Assembly (NCBI GenBank): GCA_005791575.1
Contig: SXWA01000142.1
Location: forward strand, 1 to 63,413
DNA: 63,413 nucleotides
Source of the DNA: Planctomycetaceae bacterium
GTDB taxonomy: Bacteria; Planctomycetota; Planctomycetia; Pirellulales; UBA1268
Direction of reading: 5' to 3'
Shown: one piece after another, positions 16,454 through 26,596 of the stretch
Numbering within the stretch: the first letter of the stretch is position 1
Layout: each line of letters opens with the position of its first letter
Made by a program: the position numbers and the translations under genes
Notes under the pieces: model-generated
Told to the model about the DNA's origin: nothing
The model's input: only the letters and a program-made list of their open reading frames with translations
Database searches by the model: none

Positions 16454-17713
16454 GTGGCCGATCTGGTGTTCGCCTACGACGCGGCGCTCGACCGCCCGAT
16501 TCCGGTCCCCGACGTGGCGCCGGCTGCCGTGCGCGCGATCCTCCACACCGCCCCGCAAGAGGCCTTCGCCGCCGCCGTGGCCACGGCCCGCGAAACCCGC
16601 GCGGCGGCATTGGTCCTCTTCGGGAGCACGCTCGATCCGCTCCGCGCCAGTCCCGCACAGGCCGCCGTGGTCCGTCGCGCGATCGTCGAACTCGCCGCCG
16701 ACGGTTGCCGCACGATCTGGATGGTGGACGAGGCAGCCGCCTGCACGTCGATCGCCCGGGCCCTCGGTGAACCGGCCGGCCTCGCGCTCGTCTCGCCGGT
16801 CTCCCCCCTGCGCCTCGACATCCGCGGCGTCGCGGTGGAAATCGCCTGCCTGCCCCCCGATGCCCGCGGCCTCCCCGCGGGAGGCCGGCTTCCCCCCTCG
16901 TTCGCGTCCGAGCATGCCTCACTGCTGCCTCCGCAGCACCGGATCGTCATCGGCTGGGACGATTCCTGGGGCGGCACGCCGTCGGCCCACGCCCTCCCGG
17001 CACCGCTGCCGGCGGGCGGCGCGCTGGCCGTCACCACGAGCTTCGTCTGGGGATCGCGGCGCCCCCAACCGGTTCCGCCCGGGGTCCATCAGCTGCCGGC
17101 GCTACAGGCCCGGGGCGCGCGGGAAGCTGCGGCGGGGAGCTGCGGCTTGCTCACACTCACCGGTCTGGCGGCCACCGGCAACGCCGTCGGCATCCCGACC
17201 GGCACGGGACCGCTGCCGCGCGGCGATCTCCTCGGCGGCTGGCGCGAGGTGGCGACCCACCGGGTGGCGTGGCGCGGCCTGTCGATCACGTCACTTGCCG
17301 GGGGCGACGAGGAACTGGCCGCGGCGGTCCAGACCGCGCTCGACGCGCTGGTGGTCGATCCCCGCGGCCCGCTGCAGGTGGTGCGGGTGAATGTCGACTG
17401 CGGCGCGAGTGTCTCACGCCGCGTGCGGGTCGCGGAACTGGTCGCCGAGACCAACGCCCGCCTCCGCCCCCCGGCCGATGCCACCGCGCAACGGCTGTGG
17501 TGCCACGACCTCGGCCCCGATCCGCTCGAGCCGATGACGGTGCTCGCCCGCGGGGCGGCCGCCCATGGCGCGGGTTCGGAGTCACTCGCCAACTCGCTCG
17601 GTGCGTTTGCCACCGCACTCGGCTCGATCGTCACCGTCCGCGAGGCGGCCGATCACTCGACCGACCACCGTGAGGCGGGCTGGCTGGCGCTGGAATTGAT
17701 GGGTTCGACCTGA
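16454..17713 (+). CDS. SbcD/Mre11 (YhaO)-like protein with degenerate metallophosphoesterase motifs
   Basis: In frame with ORF 15758..17713. GTG at 16454 has GGAGG 7 nt upstream (alternative TTG at 16448). The N-terminus ADLVFAYDAAL ... LVLFGSTLD ... IWMVDEAA is collinear with the DxH / GD / GNHD motifs, but the ligand residues are replaced. Confidence 0.55.
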   Translation: MADLVFAYDAALDRPIPVPDVAPAAVRAILHTAPQEAFAAAVATARETRAAALVLFGSTLDPLRASPAQAAVVRRAIVELAADGCRTIWMVDEAAACTSIARALGEPAGLALVSPVSPLRLDIRGVAVEIACLPPDARGLPAGGRLPPSFASEHASLLPPQHRIVIGWDDSWGGTPSAHALPAPLPAGGALAVTTSFVWGSRRPQPVPPGVHQLPALQARGAREAAAGSCGLLTLTGLAATGNAVGIPTGTGPLPRGDLLGGWREVATHRVAWRGLSITSLAGGDEELAAAVQTALDALVVDPRGPLQVVRVNVDCGASVSRRVRVAELVAETNARLRPPADATAQRLWCHDLGPDPLEPMTVLARGAAAHGAGSESLANSLGAFATALGSIVTVREAADHSTDHREAGWLALELMGST

Positions 17714-17736
17714 AGCGAGGCGGAGGGGAGCGGGCG

Positions 17737-20700
17737 ATGATCATCGAACGCATCGACATCGAACGGTTTGGCGGCGTCGCCGACGTGACGATCGATCGTC
17801 TCGGCGCCGGCGTCGAGGTTCTGCACGGCACCAACGAGACCGGGAAGACATCGCTGCTCGAGTTCGTCCGCGGCGTGCTCTTCGGATTCGGCAGCCTGTT
17901 CCGCCGCGGGGTGCTCGATCCGGAGCGCCCCTGCGGGGGGCGATTGCTGGTCCACGGTGGGATCGACGACCGCCGTTTCACCATCGATCGCCATCACCTC
18001 CCGGGCCGGAGCGGCCAGGCTGACGACGAGCTCGCGGTCCGTGCCGCCGACGGCCCCGCCACGCCGCTGTTCCTCCGCGATTACGTCGGTGACATCGACG
18101 AGGGCACCTTCACCGCGGTGCTGGCCTTCGGCCTCGACGAACTCCACGAACTGCGCACCCTCGATGCCGACGGCTGCGGCAGCCGCCTCTACGAACTGGC
18201 CAGCGGCCTCGATCGGGCGACGGTGAACCTGGCGCTGGGCAACCTCCGCGACGCACTGGCCCGGCTCGATTCAACCGATCCCGACGTCTCTCCGCTGGAG
18301 GCCCTGCGGCAGCGGCGCGCGGGGGCCGTGGCCCGGCTCAATGCCATGAACGCCCCGGCGGTCACGGCCGGCGGTCTGGCGACGGAACTGTTCCGGCTCG
18401 ATGCCTCGATCGCCGCACTCGTCGAAGCGCGGCAGGCGGCCGAGGCCCACGAGGCCGAGCTCCGCGCCGCCGTCCCCCTCGAGCCACTGGCCCGGCAGCG
18501 GCGCGACAGCGCCCAGCGCCTGGCGACGATCGAGTCCGACTGGCTCGTGCACGCCGACCTCGACGCATGGCAGCTCGCCCGGCAGCGGCGCGATGGGGTC
18601 GAGCGCACCGCCCGGGCCCGGAAGCGGACCCGGAGCCGCCTCGCCCGGATGCTGAAGGCGCTCGAGGCCGATGCCGCGATCTGGAAACGGCGCAGTGCTG
18701 TCACCGCGCTGTGCGAAGAGGAGCCGCGGCTGGAACGGGCCATTGCCGAGGCGGCCCGCGCCGAGACGGCGGCCCGGCAGGCTGCCCGCCGGTTCGGCGA
18801 ACAGCTCGGTGCCTCCGGCCTGGCGCGGCTGGCGACCGGGACCGCGCCGGCCGATTCCGCGCTCCCCGCCGGCCTGGTCCGCTCGCTGGCGCCTCTCAAG
18901 TCGCGGGCGGCCGCCATGATGGCCGCCTCCCGTGACGTGCGCGCCGCCCGCCGCACCCTCGCCGCGGCCACACGCGAGGCGGAGGGGACACGGGCGTCGT
19001 TCCGCGGTGCCGCCAAGGGGATGGAGGGTGGGACGATCGCCGGGGCGATCGAGGAGGCCGCCGGCCGCGCCACACTCCTCCGCAACCGGATCGCCAGCGG
19101 CGATCAGCTCGCCGACCTCGACAAGTCGCTGGTGCGGCTCGAGGGGGAACTGGGCACCCAGGTCGATTCCCAGCTCATTCCCGTGCCCTGGCTGGTGGGC
19201 TTGGGTGCGGTGTTCGTCATCGGGGCGACGATGCTCTTGTCGGGGCTGTTCCTCCCCACGAGCGTCACCGGTTCGATGGCCTATGCCCTCGCCGCTCTCG
19301 GCCTCGCCGGCACGGGAGTGGCCTCGATCGCGACCTGGTCACTCGACCGCGCGGCAGCCGGTCGGCTCGATGCCGTGCGGCAGCAGCGCGAGATGGTGCG
19401 GCGGCAGCGTGAGGAGGCCGCCACCCAGTGCGGGCTCCTCGACAAGCGCATCGACGCGGTCCGGCTCGATCCCCCACGATCCGCCCTCGATCCGGGCGAC
19501 TGGTTGAAGCGTCAGGCCGCCGCGGCCCAGGCGGAACTCGAGCGCCTCGAGGGGATCGCCGCCCGCGAAGGGGCGCTCCACGTGCTGGCGGACCGCGTCA
19601 CCTTGGCCGAGCAGGAGGTGGCTGCCGCGCGCCGGAAGCGATCGATGGCCCGATCGCGGTGGCAGCGCAGCCTGCAGCAGCGCGGCCTGCCCGAAGACCT
19701 TTCGCCCACCGACGTCCGTCAACTCTCAAGCCATCGCCGCGCGCTGCTCGAACTCGATGACCACCGACGGCAGACGAGCGAGGAGGCCCGGCTGCGGGCC
19801 GAGGAGGTGGCGGCCGTCGGGCACCGCGTCGAGCAGTTCCTCGTCGAATGTGACATGCTGCCGGAGGGGAATCCGCTCGAGCAACTCCGCTCGCTCCGCG
19901 AGCGTCTCGACCGTGAAGCCTCCGGGCAGCGACAGCGCGGGGTGCTGGTGCGCCGGCTGGAGCGGGCCCGGCGCCGGCACCGCGATGCCCTCCGGCAGGT
20001 GAAACTGGCCGATCGGCGGGTGCGCGAGGTGGTGGCGCGGTGGAACGTGGATGCCGAGGATGCGTTCCTCGCCCTCGTCGACCGGAGGCCGCTTGCCGAA
20101 GCGGCACGGCGTGAGGCGCTGGCCGCGGATGCGGCCTGGAGCGAGGCCCGGCGCCGGTTCCATGGGGTGTTTGACGTCGATGTTCTCCTCACCGAGTCCC
20201 ACCGGGTGTCGCTCGAGGAACGGCTCGCCGACGCCCTGGCGGCAACCGCCCGGGCCGCTGCCGCGGTGGCCCGGGCCCGTGACGAGCGCGCCGCCGCCGC
20301 CACCCGCGTCGAAGCGGCCGAACGCGATCACTGCACCGAGGCGCTCCAGCAGGAGATCGCCACGATCGAACGCGACATCGACGCCCACGTGCGGCGGCGC
20401 ACCCTGCTGGAAATCGCCCGCGGCCTCCTCGAGGAGACCCGCGACGGCTTCGCCCGCGACCACCAGCCGGCCGTGCTCCGCGAGGCCTCGCGCTGGCTCG
20501 AGCGCCTCACCGAAGGCCGCTACGGCGCGGTCACGACCTCGATCCACGAGGCCCGGCTCGAGGTCCACGACCATGCCGGCGCCGTCTTGAACCCCGACCG
20601 CCTCAGCCGTGGCACGCGCGAGCAGGTGTTTCTCTCCCTGCGGCTGGCGCTGGTGAAGGATCTCGAACGCCGCGGGGTGCATCTGCCCGTGGTGATCGAC

Positions 20701-21264
20701 GATGCCCTGGTGAATTTCGACGACCAACGGGCGCTCGCCGCCGCCCGCGTGCTCATGGAGTTTGCCACCGAGCAGCCGGGCCGGCAGTTGCTCGTGCTCA
20801 CCTGCCATGCCCACGTGGCGGCGATCTTCGCCGAGGTCGGGGCCCATGTCCGGTCGCTTTCGGAGCCGCGGGCGGTGTGGACGCTCCCCTCAATCCCGGT
20901 CCCGGCCCCGCTGCCCCAACCGGTCGTCGAGATGCCCGCCGTTCCCCTGACCGCCGCATCCCAGGCCGCCGTGGTCCTTCCGCAGGCCGGCCGGAGGCTC
21001 GTGGTGCGTCCGCTTGCGCCGATGATCGCCACGCGCCCGCTCGCCACGACCGGCAATCCGTGGGTCCCCCGTGGCATCCCGCTCCCGCGGCCGGCCACTG
21101 CCACGCTCGTCGCCGCCACCGGAGGCTGGCCGGTTCACCTCCAGATCCACTCTCCGCAGCCGAAGCCCACGGCGACGACGACGCTCGGCGAGGGGGGGCC
21201 TGGAGACGTGGCCGCCGATGGCAAACCGGTTCGGCGGCGCACGCGGGCGACGAAACCTGCCTGA
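17737..21264 (+). CDS. YhaN/SbcC-like AAA ATPase with coiled coils and two central TM helices
   Basis: Walker A GTNETGKTS. Long Ala/Arg/Glu-rich coiled-coil stretches. TM pair LVGLGAVFVIGATMLLSGLF and AYALAALGLAGTGVASIATW. C-terminal LPVVIDDALVNFDD (Walker B/D-loop). Pro-rich tail. Confidence 0.8.
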   Translation: MIIERIDIERFGGVADVTIDRLGAGVEVLHGTNETGKTSLLEFVRGVLFGFGSLFRRGVLDPERPCGGRLLVHGGIDDRRFTIDRHHLPGRSGQADDELAVRAADGPATPLFLRDYVGDIDEGTFTAVLAFGLDELHELRTLDADGCGSRLYELASGLDRATVNLALGNLRDALARLDSTDPDVSPLEALRQRRAGAVARLNAMNAPAVTAGGLATELFRLDASIAALVEARQAAEAHEAELRAAVPLEPLARQRRDSAQRLATIESDWLVHADLDAWQLARQRRDGVERTARARKRTRSRLARMLKALEADAAIWKRRSAVTALCEEEPRLERAIAEAARAETAARQAARRFGEQLGASGLARLATGTAPADSALPAGLVRSLAPLKSRAAAMMAASRDVRAARRTLAAATREAEGTRASFRGAAKGMEGGTIAGAIEEAAGRATLLRNRIASGDQLADLDKSLVRLEGELGTQVDSQLIPVPWLVGLGAVFVIGATMLLSGLFLPTSVTGSMAYALAALGLAGTGVASIATWSLDRAAAGRLDAVRQQREMVRRQREEAATQCGLLDKRIDAVRLDPPRSALDPGDWLKRQAAAAQAELERLEGIAAREGALHVLADRVTLAEQEVAAARRKRSMARSRWQRSLQQRGLPEDLSPTDVRQLSSHRRALLELDDHRRQTSEEARLRAEEVAAVGHRVEQFLVECDMLPEGNPLEQLRSLRERLDREASGQRQRGVLVRRLERARRRHRDALRQVKLADRRVREVVARWNVDAEDAFLALVDRRPLAEAARREALAADAAWSEARRRFHGVFDVDVLLTESHRVSLEERLADALAATARAAAAVARARDERAAAATRVEAAERDHCTEALQQEIATIERDIDAHVRRRTLLEIARGLLEETRDGFARDHQPAVLREASRWLERLTEGRYGAVTTSIHEARLEVHDHAGAVLNPDRLSRGTREQVFLSLRLALVKDLERRGVHLPVVIDDALVNFDDQRALAAARVLMEFATEQPGRQLLVLTCHAHVAAIFAEVGAHVRSLSEPRAVWTLPSIPVPAPLPQPVVEMPAVPLTAASQAAVVLPQAGRRLVVRPLAPMIATRPLATTGNPWVPRGIPLPRPATATLVAATGGWPVHLQIHSPQPKPTATTTLGEGGPGDVAADGKPVRRRTRATKPA

Positions 21265-21312
21265 CGCGACAGACCGGAGCCTGCTCAGCGGGTGGGTGAC
21301 TGCGACCGGGGT

Positions 21313-21831
21313 TCAGCCGGCCTCGATCAGCCCCTCGCGGAGGTCACGCTGATACCGCTGCCGCATCCCTGCCAGCAACAGCCCGAGATAAGCGTTTGCC
21401 CCCAGCGACATGAACAGCGCCAGGAGGCTGCCGATGAGAAGCGGCCACGACTGGGCGACCGCCGCCTTCGCGGTCGCGGGCTCGATCGCCGGCGGGTCCA
21501 GTGCCGGCAGCGTGGCCGCGGCGAGGGTGGTGGCGGGGCGCGGTCGTCGGGCCGCTTCGCTCACGGCCCGTTCCACGGTCGGCGGCCAGGCATCGGCGAC
21601 GTAGATCCGCACGCGGCGCACGTCGCGGGCGTCGGCGGGCAGATCGCTGGTGAGGGGATGCGGCAGACCGTTCCGCACGAGGTCGGGCTCGACCCGCATG
21701 ACATACTCGCCCCCACCACCGTCGGCCGGCAAATAGGCGGCTTCGATCGCCAGGGCCCGCCGCGGCGCGGCCGCCACGAGCATCGTCGCCACCGCCACCA
21801 TCAGCAGCGGCCGTTGCATCCGCTCCACCAT
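21313..21831 (-). CDS. hypothetical signal-peptide protein with C-terminal TM helix
   Basis: GGGAGG 6 nt upstream of the ATG. N-terminal MVERMQRPLLMVAVATMLVAAAP and C-terminal WPLLIGSLLALFMSLGANAYLGLLLAG. Confidence 0.45.
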   Translation of the reverse strand: MVERMQRPLLMVAVATMLVAAAPRRALAIEAAYLPADGGGGEYVMRVEPDLVRNGLPHPLTSDLPADARDVRRVRIYVADAWPPTVERAVSEAARRPRPATTLAAATLPALDPPAIEPATAKAAVAQSWPLLIGSLLALFMSLGANAYLGLLLAGMRQRYQRDLREGLIEAG

Positions 21832-21889
21832 CGCGCGCCTCCCGTGCCTCGACCGCGGGCCACCCAGCCGGCCCGCACGGCCCGACCGG

Positions 21890-23101
21890 TCAGGAGGATT
21901 TCACCCTCTGGACCGCCGTTTGTGCAACCGCGATCGGGTCCGCGGTGCCCCGGGCGGGATCGGCCGGCGGAACGACACGGGCGGTTTCCCCCCCCTCGCC
22001 GACCCGACCGGCGGCTGTCGGCACCACTGCCGTCCCATCCGTCACCGGCGCCCGGGAGCCATCCGCACCCGGTGACCGGGATATCGTGTCCAGTTCGGTC
22101 TGGAGCATGGTCAGGGCGGCCTGGAGGAACGCCACGGCGATCGGCCCCACGAAGATCCCGATCGGCCCCAGCGCCCCCACCCCCCCGAGCACGCTGAGGA
22201 GCGCGAGCAGCGGATGCAGCTTCGACTGGCCGTGGAGGACGATCGGCTTGATGACGTTGTCGATGGTCGACACCACCAGGAGCCCCCATGCCGCCAGCCC
22301 GAGGGCCGACCAGGTGTCCTTGACGAAGAACAGCAGGTAGAGGCTGGCGGTTCCCCAGACGGCTGCCGCACCGACGAACGGCACCAAAGCCCCGAAAAAG
22401 GTGAGCAGCGTGAGGAGGAACACCCCCTTCAGTCCCGCCACGTAAAACCCGATACCTGCCAGCAGCGCCTGGACGATCGCGGCCAGGAGCGTGGAACTGA
22501 CCACCGCCCGGCTCACCTCCTCGAACTCCTGGAGCAGTTGCCACTGATAGTGGGCGTCGAGGGGGATGAGCCGCGTCACCGCAGCCAGCATCCGCCGGCC
22601 GTCGGCGAGGAAGTAGAAGAAGCTGAGAATGGTCACGATCAGGCCGATGACCACCTTGACCAGCACGATCGGGGTGCCGGCGGCGATCGGCCCGAGCCAC
22701 TCTTCCGCGAGCTTCCGCAACTCGGCGTTGACGGCATCCGACGTGAAATGAAACCCGGTGGCGTCGTTGACCGAGGCGATGAGGCCGTCGAGGACCGCCG
22801 GATCGAGCTTCAACCCGTTCGGGCTGCGGAGCATCACTACGGCATCGCCGCCGGCGCGGATCACCAGCAGCACCAACGGCACCAACACGAGCAGAAGCAC
22901 GAACAAGGTCGTCGCGACCGCCGCGACCCAGTCGGGCCAGGCGAAGCGGTCGCGGAGCCAGCGGTGGAGCGGCCCGAAGATCACCACGAGCATCGCCGCG
23001 AGCAGCAAGGGCAGCAGAAAGCTCGACATCACCCGCAGCGACAGCAGACCGAACACCGCCACCAAGCCGAGGATCACCGCCAGTGAGATGATGCGTGCCA
23101 T
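21890..23101 (-). CDS. AI-2E family transporter (PerM-like)
   Basis: ORF 21890..23221 trimmed to the ATG at 23101 (alternative 23221). Multi-TM protein with FGALVPFVG and IDNVIKPIV blocks. Confidence 0.85.
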   Translation of the reverse strand: MARIISLAVILGLVAVFGLLSLRVMSSFLLPLLLAAMLVVIFGPLHRWLRDRFAWPDWVAAVATTLFVLLLVLVPLVLLVIRAGGDAVVMLRSPNGLKLDPAVLDGLIASVNDATGFHFTSDAVNAELRKLAEEWLGPIAAGTPIVLVKVVIGLIVTILSFFYFLADGRRMLAAVTRLIPLDAHYQWQLLQEFEEVSRAVVSSTLLAAIVQALLAGIGFYVAGLKGVFLLTLLTFFGALVPFVGAAAVWGTASLYLLFFVKDTWSALGLAAWGLLVVSTIDNVIKPIVLHGQSKLHPLLALLSVLGGVGALGPIGIFVGPIAVAFLQAALTMLQTELDTISRSPGADGSRAPVTDGTAVVPTAAGRVGEGGETARVVPPADPARGTADPIAVAQTAVQRVKSS

Positions 23102-23276
23102 GGTGTCGAAAACCCTGCCGACCGTGGGCCCGGGAACGCGCCCCCGCAGGGAGTGTACGCGGGCAGCCGTTTCGGCGCCGACAATCAACCACCGCGCCGC
23201 CGCGCCATGAACACGAAACAAGACAAGCCCCCCGCGCAGCCAGCGTCAGCATGGCGGCCCCGGGGGACCGCAGCCA

Positions 23277-23399
23277 TCAGCCCGTGGCCACAATCCATCC
23301 CTGGCGTTTTGCCACTCGAAACGCCGCGCTTTTCACGGGAGCCGCGCTCCCGGCACCTCCTCCTCGAGGTGCCGCAGGCTGTTTGTCCACAGCCTGCTA
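23277..23399. repeat. five-hairpin interspersed repeat, copy A (reverse orientation)
   Basis: Alignable by eye to copies B-H. Lies between the divergent AI-2E and GT2 genes. Confidence 0.85.
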
Positions 23400-23483
23400 T
23401 CCTGACGACTCACGTCCGCGGAACACCGCCGCCTGTGTGTCGGCCGGTGCCGCTGGACAGGTCCGCTCCCCCATGGTCGCCGC

Positions 23484-25706
23484 ATGAATCCGCCGGACGT
23501 CTCGCTGGTGGTGCCGGTCAGGAACGAGGCGGGCAACATCGGCCCCCTCGTGGCGGAGATCCGCACCGCCCTCGACGCTGCTGGCCTCCGTTGGGAGGTG
23601 TGGATCGTCGATGACGGCTCGAGCGACGGTTCGTGGGACGAGATCGCCGCGGTCGTCGCCGCCGAGCCCCGGGTCGAGGGGATCCGGCAGGGCCGTGGCC
23701 TGGGAAAATCGGCGGCGCTGGCAGCCGGCTTCGCCCGCTGCCGGGGCGACAGGATCGTGATGCTCGACGGCGACGGCCAGGACGATCCCGCGGAGATCCC
23801 CCGGCTCCTCGCCGGGATCGACGCCGGCCACGATCTGGTGAACGGCTGGAAGCACCCGCGCCTCGATCCCTGGGACAAGACGCTGCCCTCGCGCGTGTTC
23901 AATCTGCTGGTCGGGGAGGTCACCGGCCTCCGGCTCCACGACCACAATTGCGGCCTCAAGGCGATGCGTGCAGCGGTGGCCCGTGGCCTTCCGCTCCACG
24001 AACCGGACATGCACCGCTTCATCCCGGTCCTGGCGGCGGCCGCCGGCCACCGGGTCACCGAGGCGGCGGTCCATCATCGCCCCCGGGTCCGTGGCCAGTC
24101 GAAGTATGGGGCGCGCCGGTTCTTCACCGGGCTGGTCGACCTGATGCGCGTCAGCGGCCGGGTGCGCGGGCGCGGGCGCCTCGCGGCGCCGCTGCCCGCC
24201 GGCATGTCGCGCGCCCGGGCCAGACGGAGCGTGGCCTGGATCCTCGCCGCCGTGGCGATCGGCGGGGCGCTGGGCCGGATCGGCGCCGTGTCGAGCGTCG
24301 ACCGCTGGGCCCTGGAGAAACGTCTGGTGACCGACGCCGTCGCCAAAGCGAAGGCCGATGGCGCGCCAGCCGACCCGACCGCGATCCGCAGGCGGATCGA
24401 ACAGGAAAAACGAGTCGTCCGTCCCTTTCTCTCGGCCAACGACCGGAGCCGCTGGCTCACGGTGCGGGCGCTGGTCGAACAGGGCACGTTCGCCATCGAC
24501 GGGCTCGTGGGCGAGCCGGGCTGGGACACGATCGATGCAGTCGCCCACCACGATGCCGCCGGCCGCCTGCGTCTCTATTCGAGCAAACCACCGTTGCTCG
24601 CGGTGCTGGCGGCCGGCCCCTACTGGGTGTTGCATCGCCTGACCGGCTGGACCCTCGGCGACCACCCGTTCGAGATGGGGCGGATGCTGCTGGTGCCGGC
24701 GGCCCTGCTCCCGTTGATCGTCAGCATGCTGTTCACCTTCCGGCTCGTCGATCGGATCGGGGCCAGCGACTGGGGGCGGTTCTGGACGTTCGCCCTCGTC
24801 GCCTGCGGCACCCTCCTCTCGACGTTCGTCGTCGCCTTCACGAACCATCTGCCGGCGGCGGCCTGCACCGCGGTCAGTGGATGGCTGGTGCAGCGGATCC
24901 GCGGCGACGGTCTGCGCAGTGCCGGCGGCTTCTTCACCGCCGGACTGGCGGCGGCGTTGGCCGCCGCGTTCGAACTCCCCGCCCTCGCCTGGGCCGCCGC
25001 GGTGCTGGGCATCCTGGCGATCACCGACCTGCGACGGACGATCACCTGGGCTGCCCCCGCAGCGCTCCTCGTGGCCGTGGCCGCGCTCGGCGCCAATCAT
25101 GCCGCCCACGGCACCCCCTGGCCCGCCTACTCCCATCGTGGCACCGCCCCCGCGGAGGCAGGCGGGCCGGATGCCAACTGGTACGACTACTCCCTCACGT
25201 TGCCGACGGGCAAGGTGCTGACCAGCTACTGGCGCAACCCCCAGGGGGTCGATCGGGGGGAACCATCGGCGGCTGCCTATGCCGTGCACATGCTCGTCGG
25301 CCACCATGGCATTTTCTCACTCACCCCGGCCTGGCTCCTTGTCGTACCGGGACTCGTGCTCCTGGCCTCGCCCCACCGGCATCCGCGGCCCGCCACGCTC
25401 CTGGCGCTGGCGATCCTCGGAGTGTCGGTGGTCGTGATCGGCTTCTATCTCGCCCGTCCACGGCTCGACCGTAACTACGGCGGCGTGGTCTGCTGCTTCC
25501 GGTGGGCGCTGTGGCTGGTGCCCTTGTGGGCCGCCGCGGTGACGCCGGCGGCCGATCGGCTCTCGGCCAGCCGCACCGGCCGCGGGATCGCCCTCCTGCT
25601 GCTCGCCCTGTCGGTGATCTCGGTCAGCCATCCGACATGGAACCCGTGGGCCCCACCCTGGCTGCAGCAGTGGCTCATTCACGGGGGCTGGCTGCCGGAG
25701 TCATGA
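23484..25706 (+). CDS. GT2 polyprenol-phosphate glycosyltransferase fused to a GT-C-like multi-TM domain
   Basis: N-terminal 230 aa are DPM1/ArnC-like (VVPVRNEAGNI, DDGSSDGS, MLDGDGQDDP). The C-terminal roughly 500 aa are polytopic, with a YSSKPPLL loop motif like ArnT/PMT-type GT-C enzymes. Confidence 0.8.
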   Translation: MNPPDVSLVVPVRNEAGNIGPLVAEIRTALDAAGLRWEVWIVDDGSSDGSWDEIAAVVAAEPRVEGIRQGRGLGKSAALAAGFARCRGDRIVMLDGDGQDDPAEIPRLLAGIDAGHDLVNGWKHPRLDPWDKTLPSRVFNLLVGEVTGLRLHDHNCGLKAMRAAVARGLPLHEPDMHRFIPVLAAAAGHRVTEAAVHHRPRVRGQSKYGARRFFTGLVDLMRVSGRVRGRGRLAAPLPAGMSRARARRSVAWILAAVAIGGALGRIGAVSSVDRWALEKRLVTDAVAKAKADGAPADPTAIRRRIEQEKRVVRPFLSANDRSRWLTVRALVEQGTFAIDGLVGEPGWDTIDAVAHHDAAGRLRLYSSKPPLLAVLAAGPYWVLHRLTGWTLGDHPFEMGRMLLVPAALLPLIVSMLFTFRLVDRIGASDWGRFWTFALVACGTLLSTFVVAFTNHLPAAACTAVSGWLVQRIRGDGLRSAGGFFTAGLAAALAAAFELPALAWAAAVLGILAITDLRRTITWAAPAALLVAVAALGANHAAHGTPWPAYSHRGTAPAEAGGPDANWYDYSLTLPTGKVLTSYWRNPQGVDRGEPSAAAYAVHMLVGHHGIFSLTPAWLLVVPGLVLLASPHRHPRPATLLALAILGVSVVVIGFYLARPRLDRNYGGVVCCFRWALWLVPLWAAAVTPAADRLSASRTGRGIALLLLALSVISVSHPTWNPWAPPWLQQWLIHGGWLPES

Positions 25707-26442
25707 CCCGGGCAAGGGCCGCCGCGACCGGCAGCGGCCAGATGGCAGGGGGCTCGGCGCGGGCGGAGCGGGGTGCGGCGGTGTCGGGGTCGCGCCAGGC
25801 AATGTCCCATGCGTGGAGGAGAATCGGCTGCCTGCCCTGGTCCCCGCCCCCGGCGGCACCGTCGAACGCGGGGCCACCGTAGAGTTCGTCACCCACCACC
25901 GGGTGGCCCCGGCTCGCGCACTGCACCCGGAGCTGATGCATCCGCCCGGTGCTCGGCTCGAGCATCACCACCACCTGCCCGGGCCCGACCGGCTCCCCGA
26001 CCGGGGCAACGACCCGCTGAACGGCGCCCACCCGTGTGGTCGCCTGCCGCGCCCCCGCTTCACCGGGCGCGGCCAGGCGTGCGCGGGGCTCGTCCGGCAC
26101 CTTGAGCAGATGATCCTCCCAGGTGGCGCCGGCGACCGGCAGCGTGCCACCGTCGGTGGCGAGGACCGCGAGGTACCGCTTGGCGATCTGCCGGCGCTCG
26201 AACTGCCGGGAGAGGTGCCGCGCGGCACGGGGTGTTTCCGCGAGCAGAAGGATGCCCGAGACGGCCCGATCGAGCCGATGGGGCACACCGAGATACCCCC
26301 CCCTCGCGAGCGGAATGTTCGCCCGCACCCACGACTCCACCGATGCGATCCCAGGCGGGGCCTGCGTGGGAAGTCCGGAAGGCTTCGCGATCGCCACCAC
26401 ACCCGACCAGCGGCCCACCACCAGCGGTTCGTTGTCGGCCAT
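25675..26442 (-). CDS. RluA-family pseudouridine synthase
   Basis: ORF 25675..26769 trimmed to the ATG at 26442 (alternative 26466). Catalytic block HRLDRAVSG and MHQLRVQ. Confidence 0.85.
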   Translation of the reverse strand: MADNEPLVVGRWSGVVAIAKPSGLPTQAPPGIASVESWVRANIPLARGGYLGVPHRLDRAVSGILLLAETPRAARHLSRQFERRQIAKRYLAVLATDGGTLPVAGATWEDHLLKVPDEPRARLAAPGEAGARQATTRVGAVQRVVAPVGEPVGPGQVVVMLEPSTGRMHQLRVQCASRGHPVVGDELYGGPAFDGAAGGGDQGRQPILLHAWDIAWRDPDTAAPRSARAEPPAIWPLPVAAALARVMTPAASPRE

Positions 26443-26596
26443 CACACCACCATCGTGGCCCGGCATGATGGCCCGGCAAACACGGCCGCGGCTTGCGAAC
26501 CACCCGTGAGAACGATTATACCTCTGCCGGGGCGGTGGAACGTTGTTTTTCGTGACGCGGGTGTCTGCGCGCGACCGTAGGACGGCCGGCGCGCGG

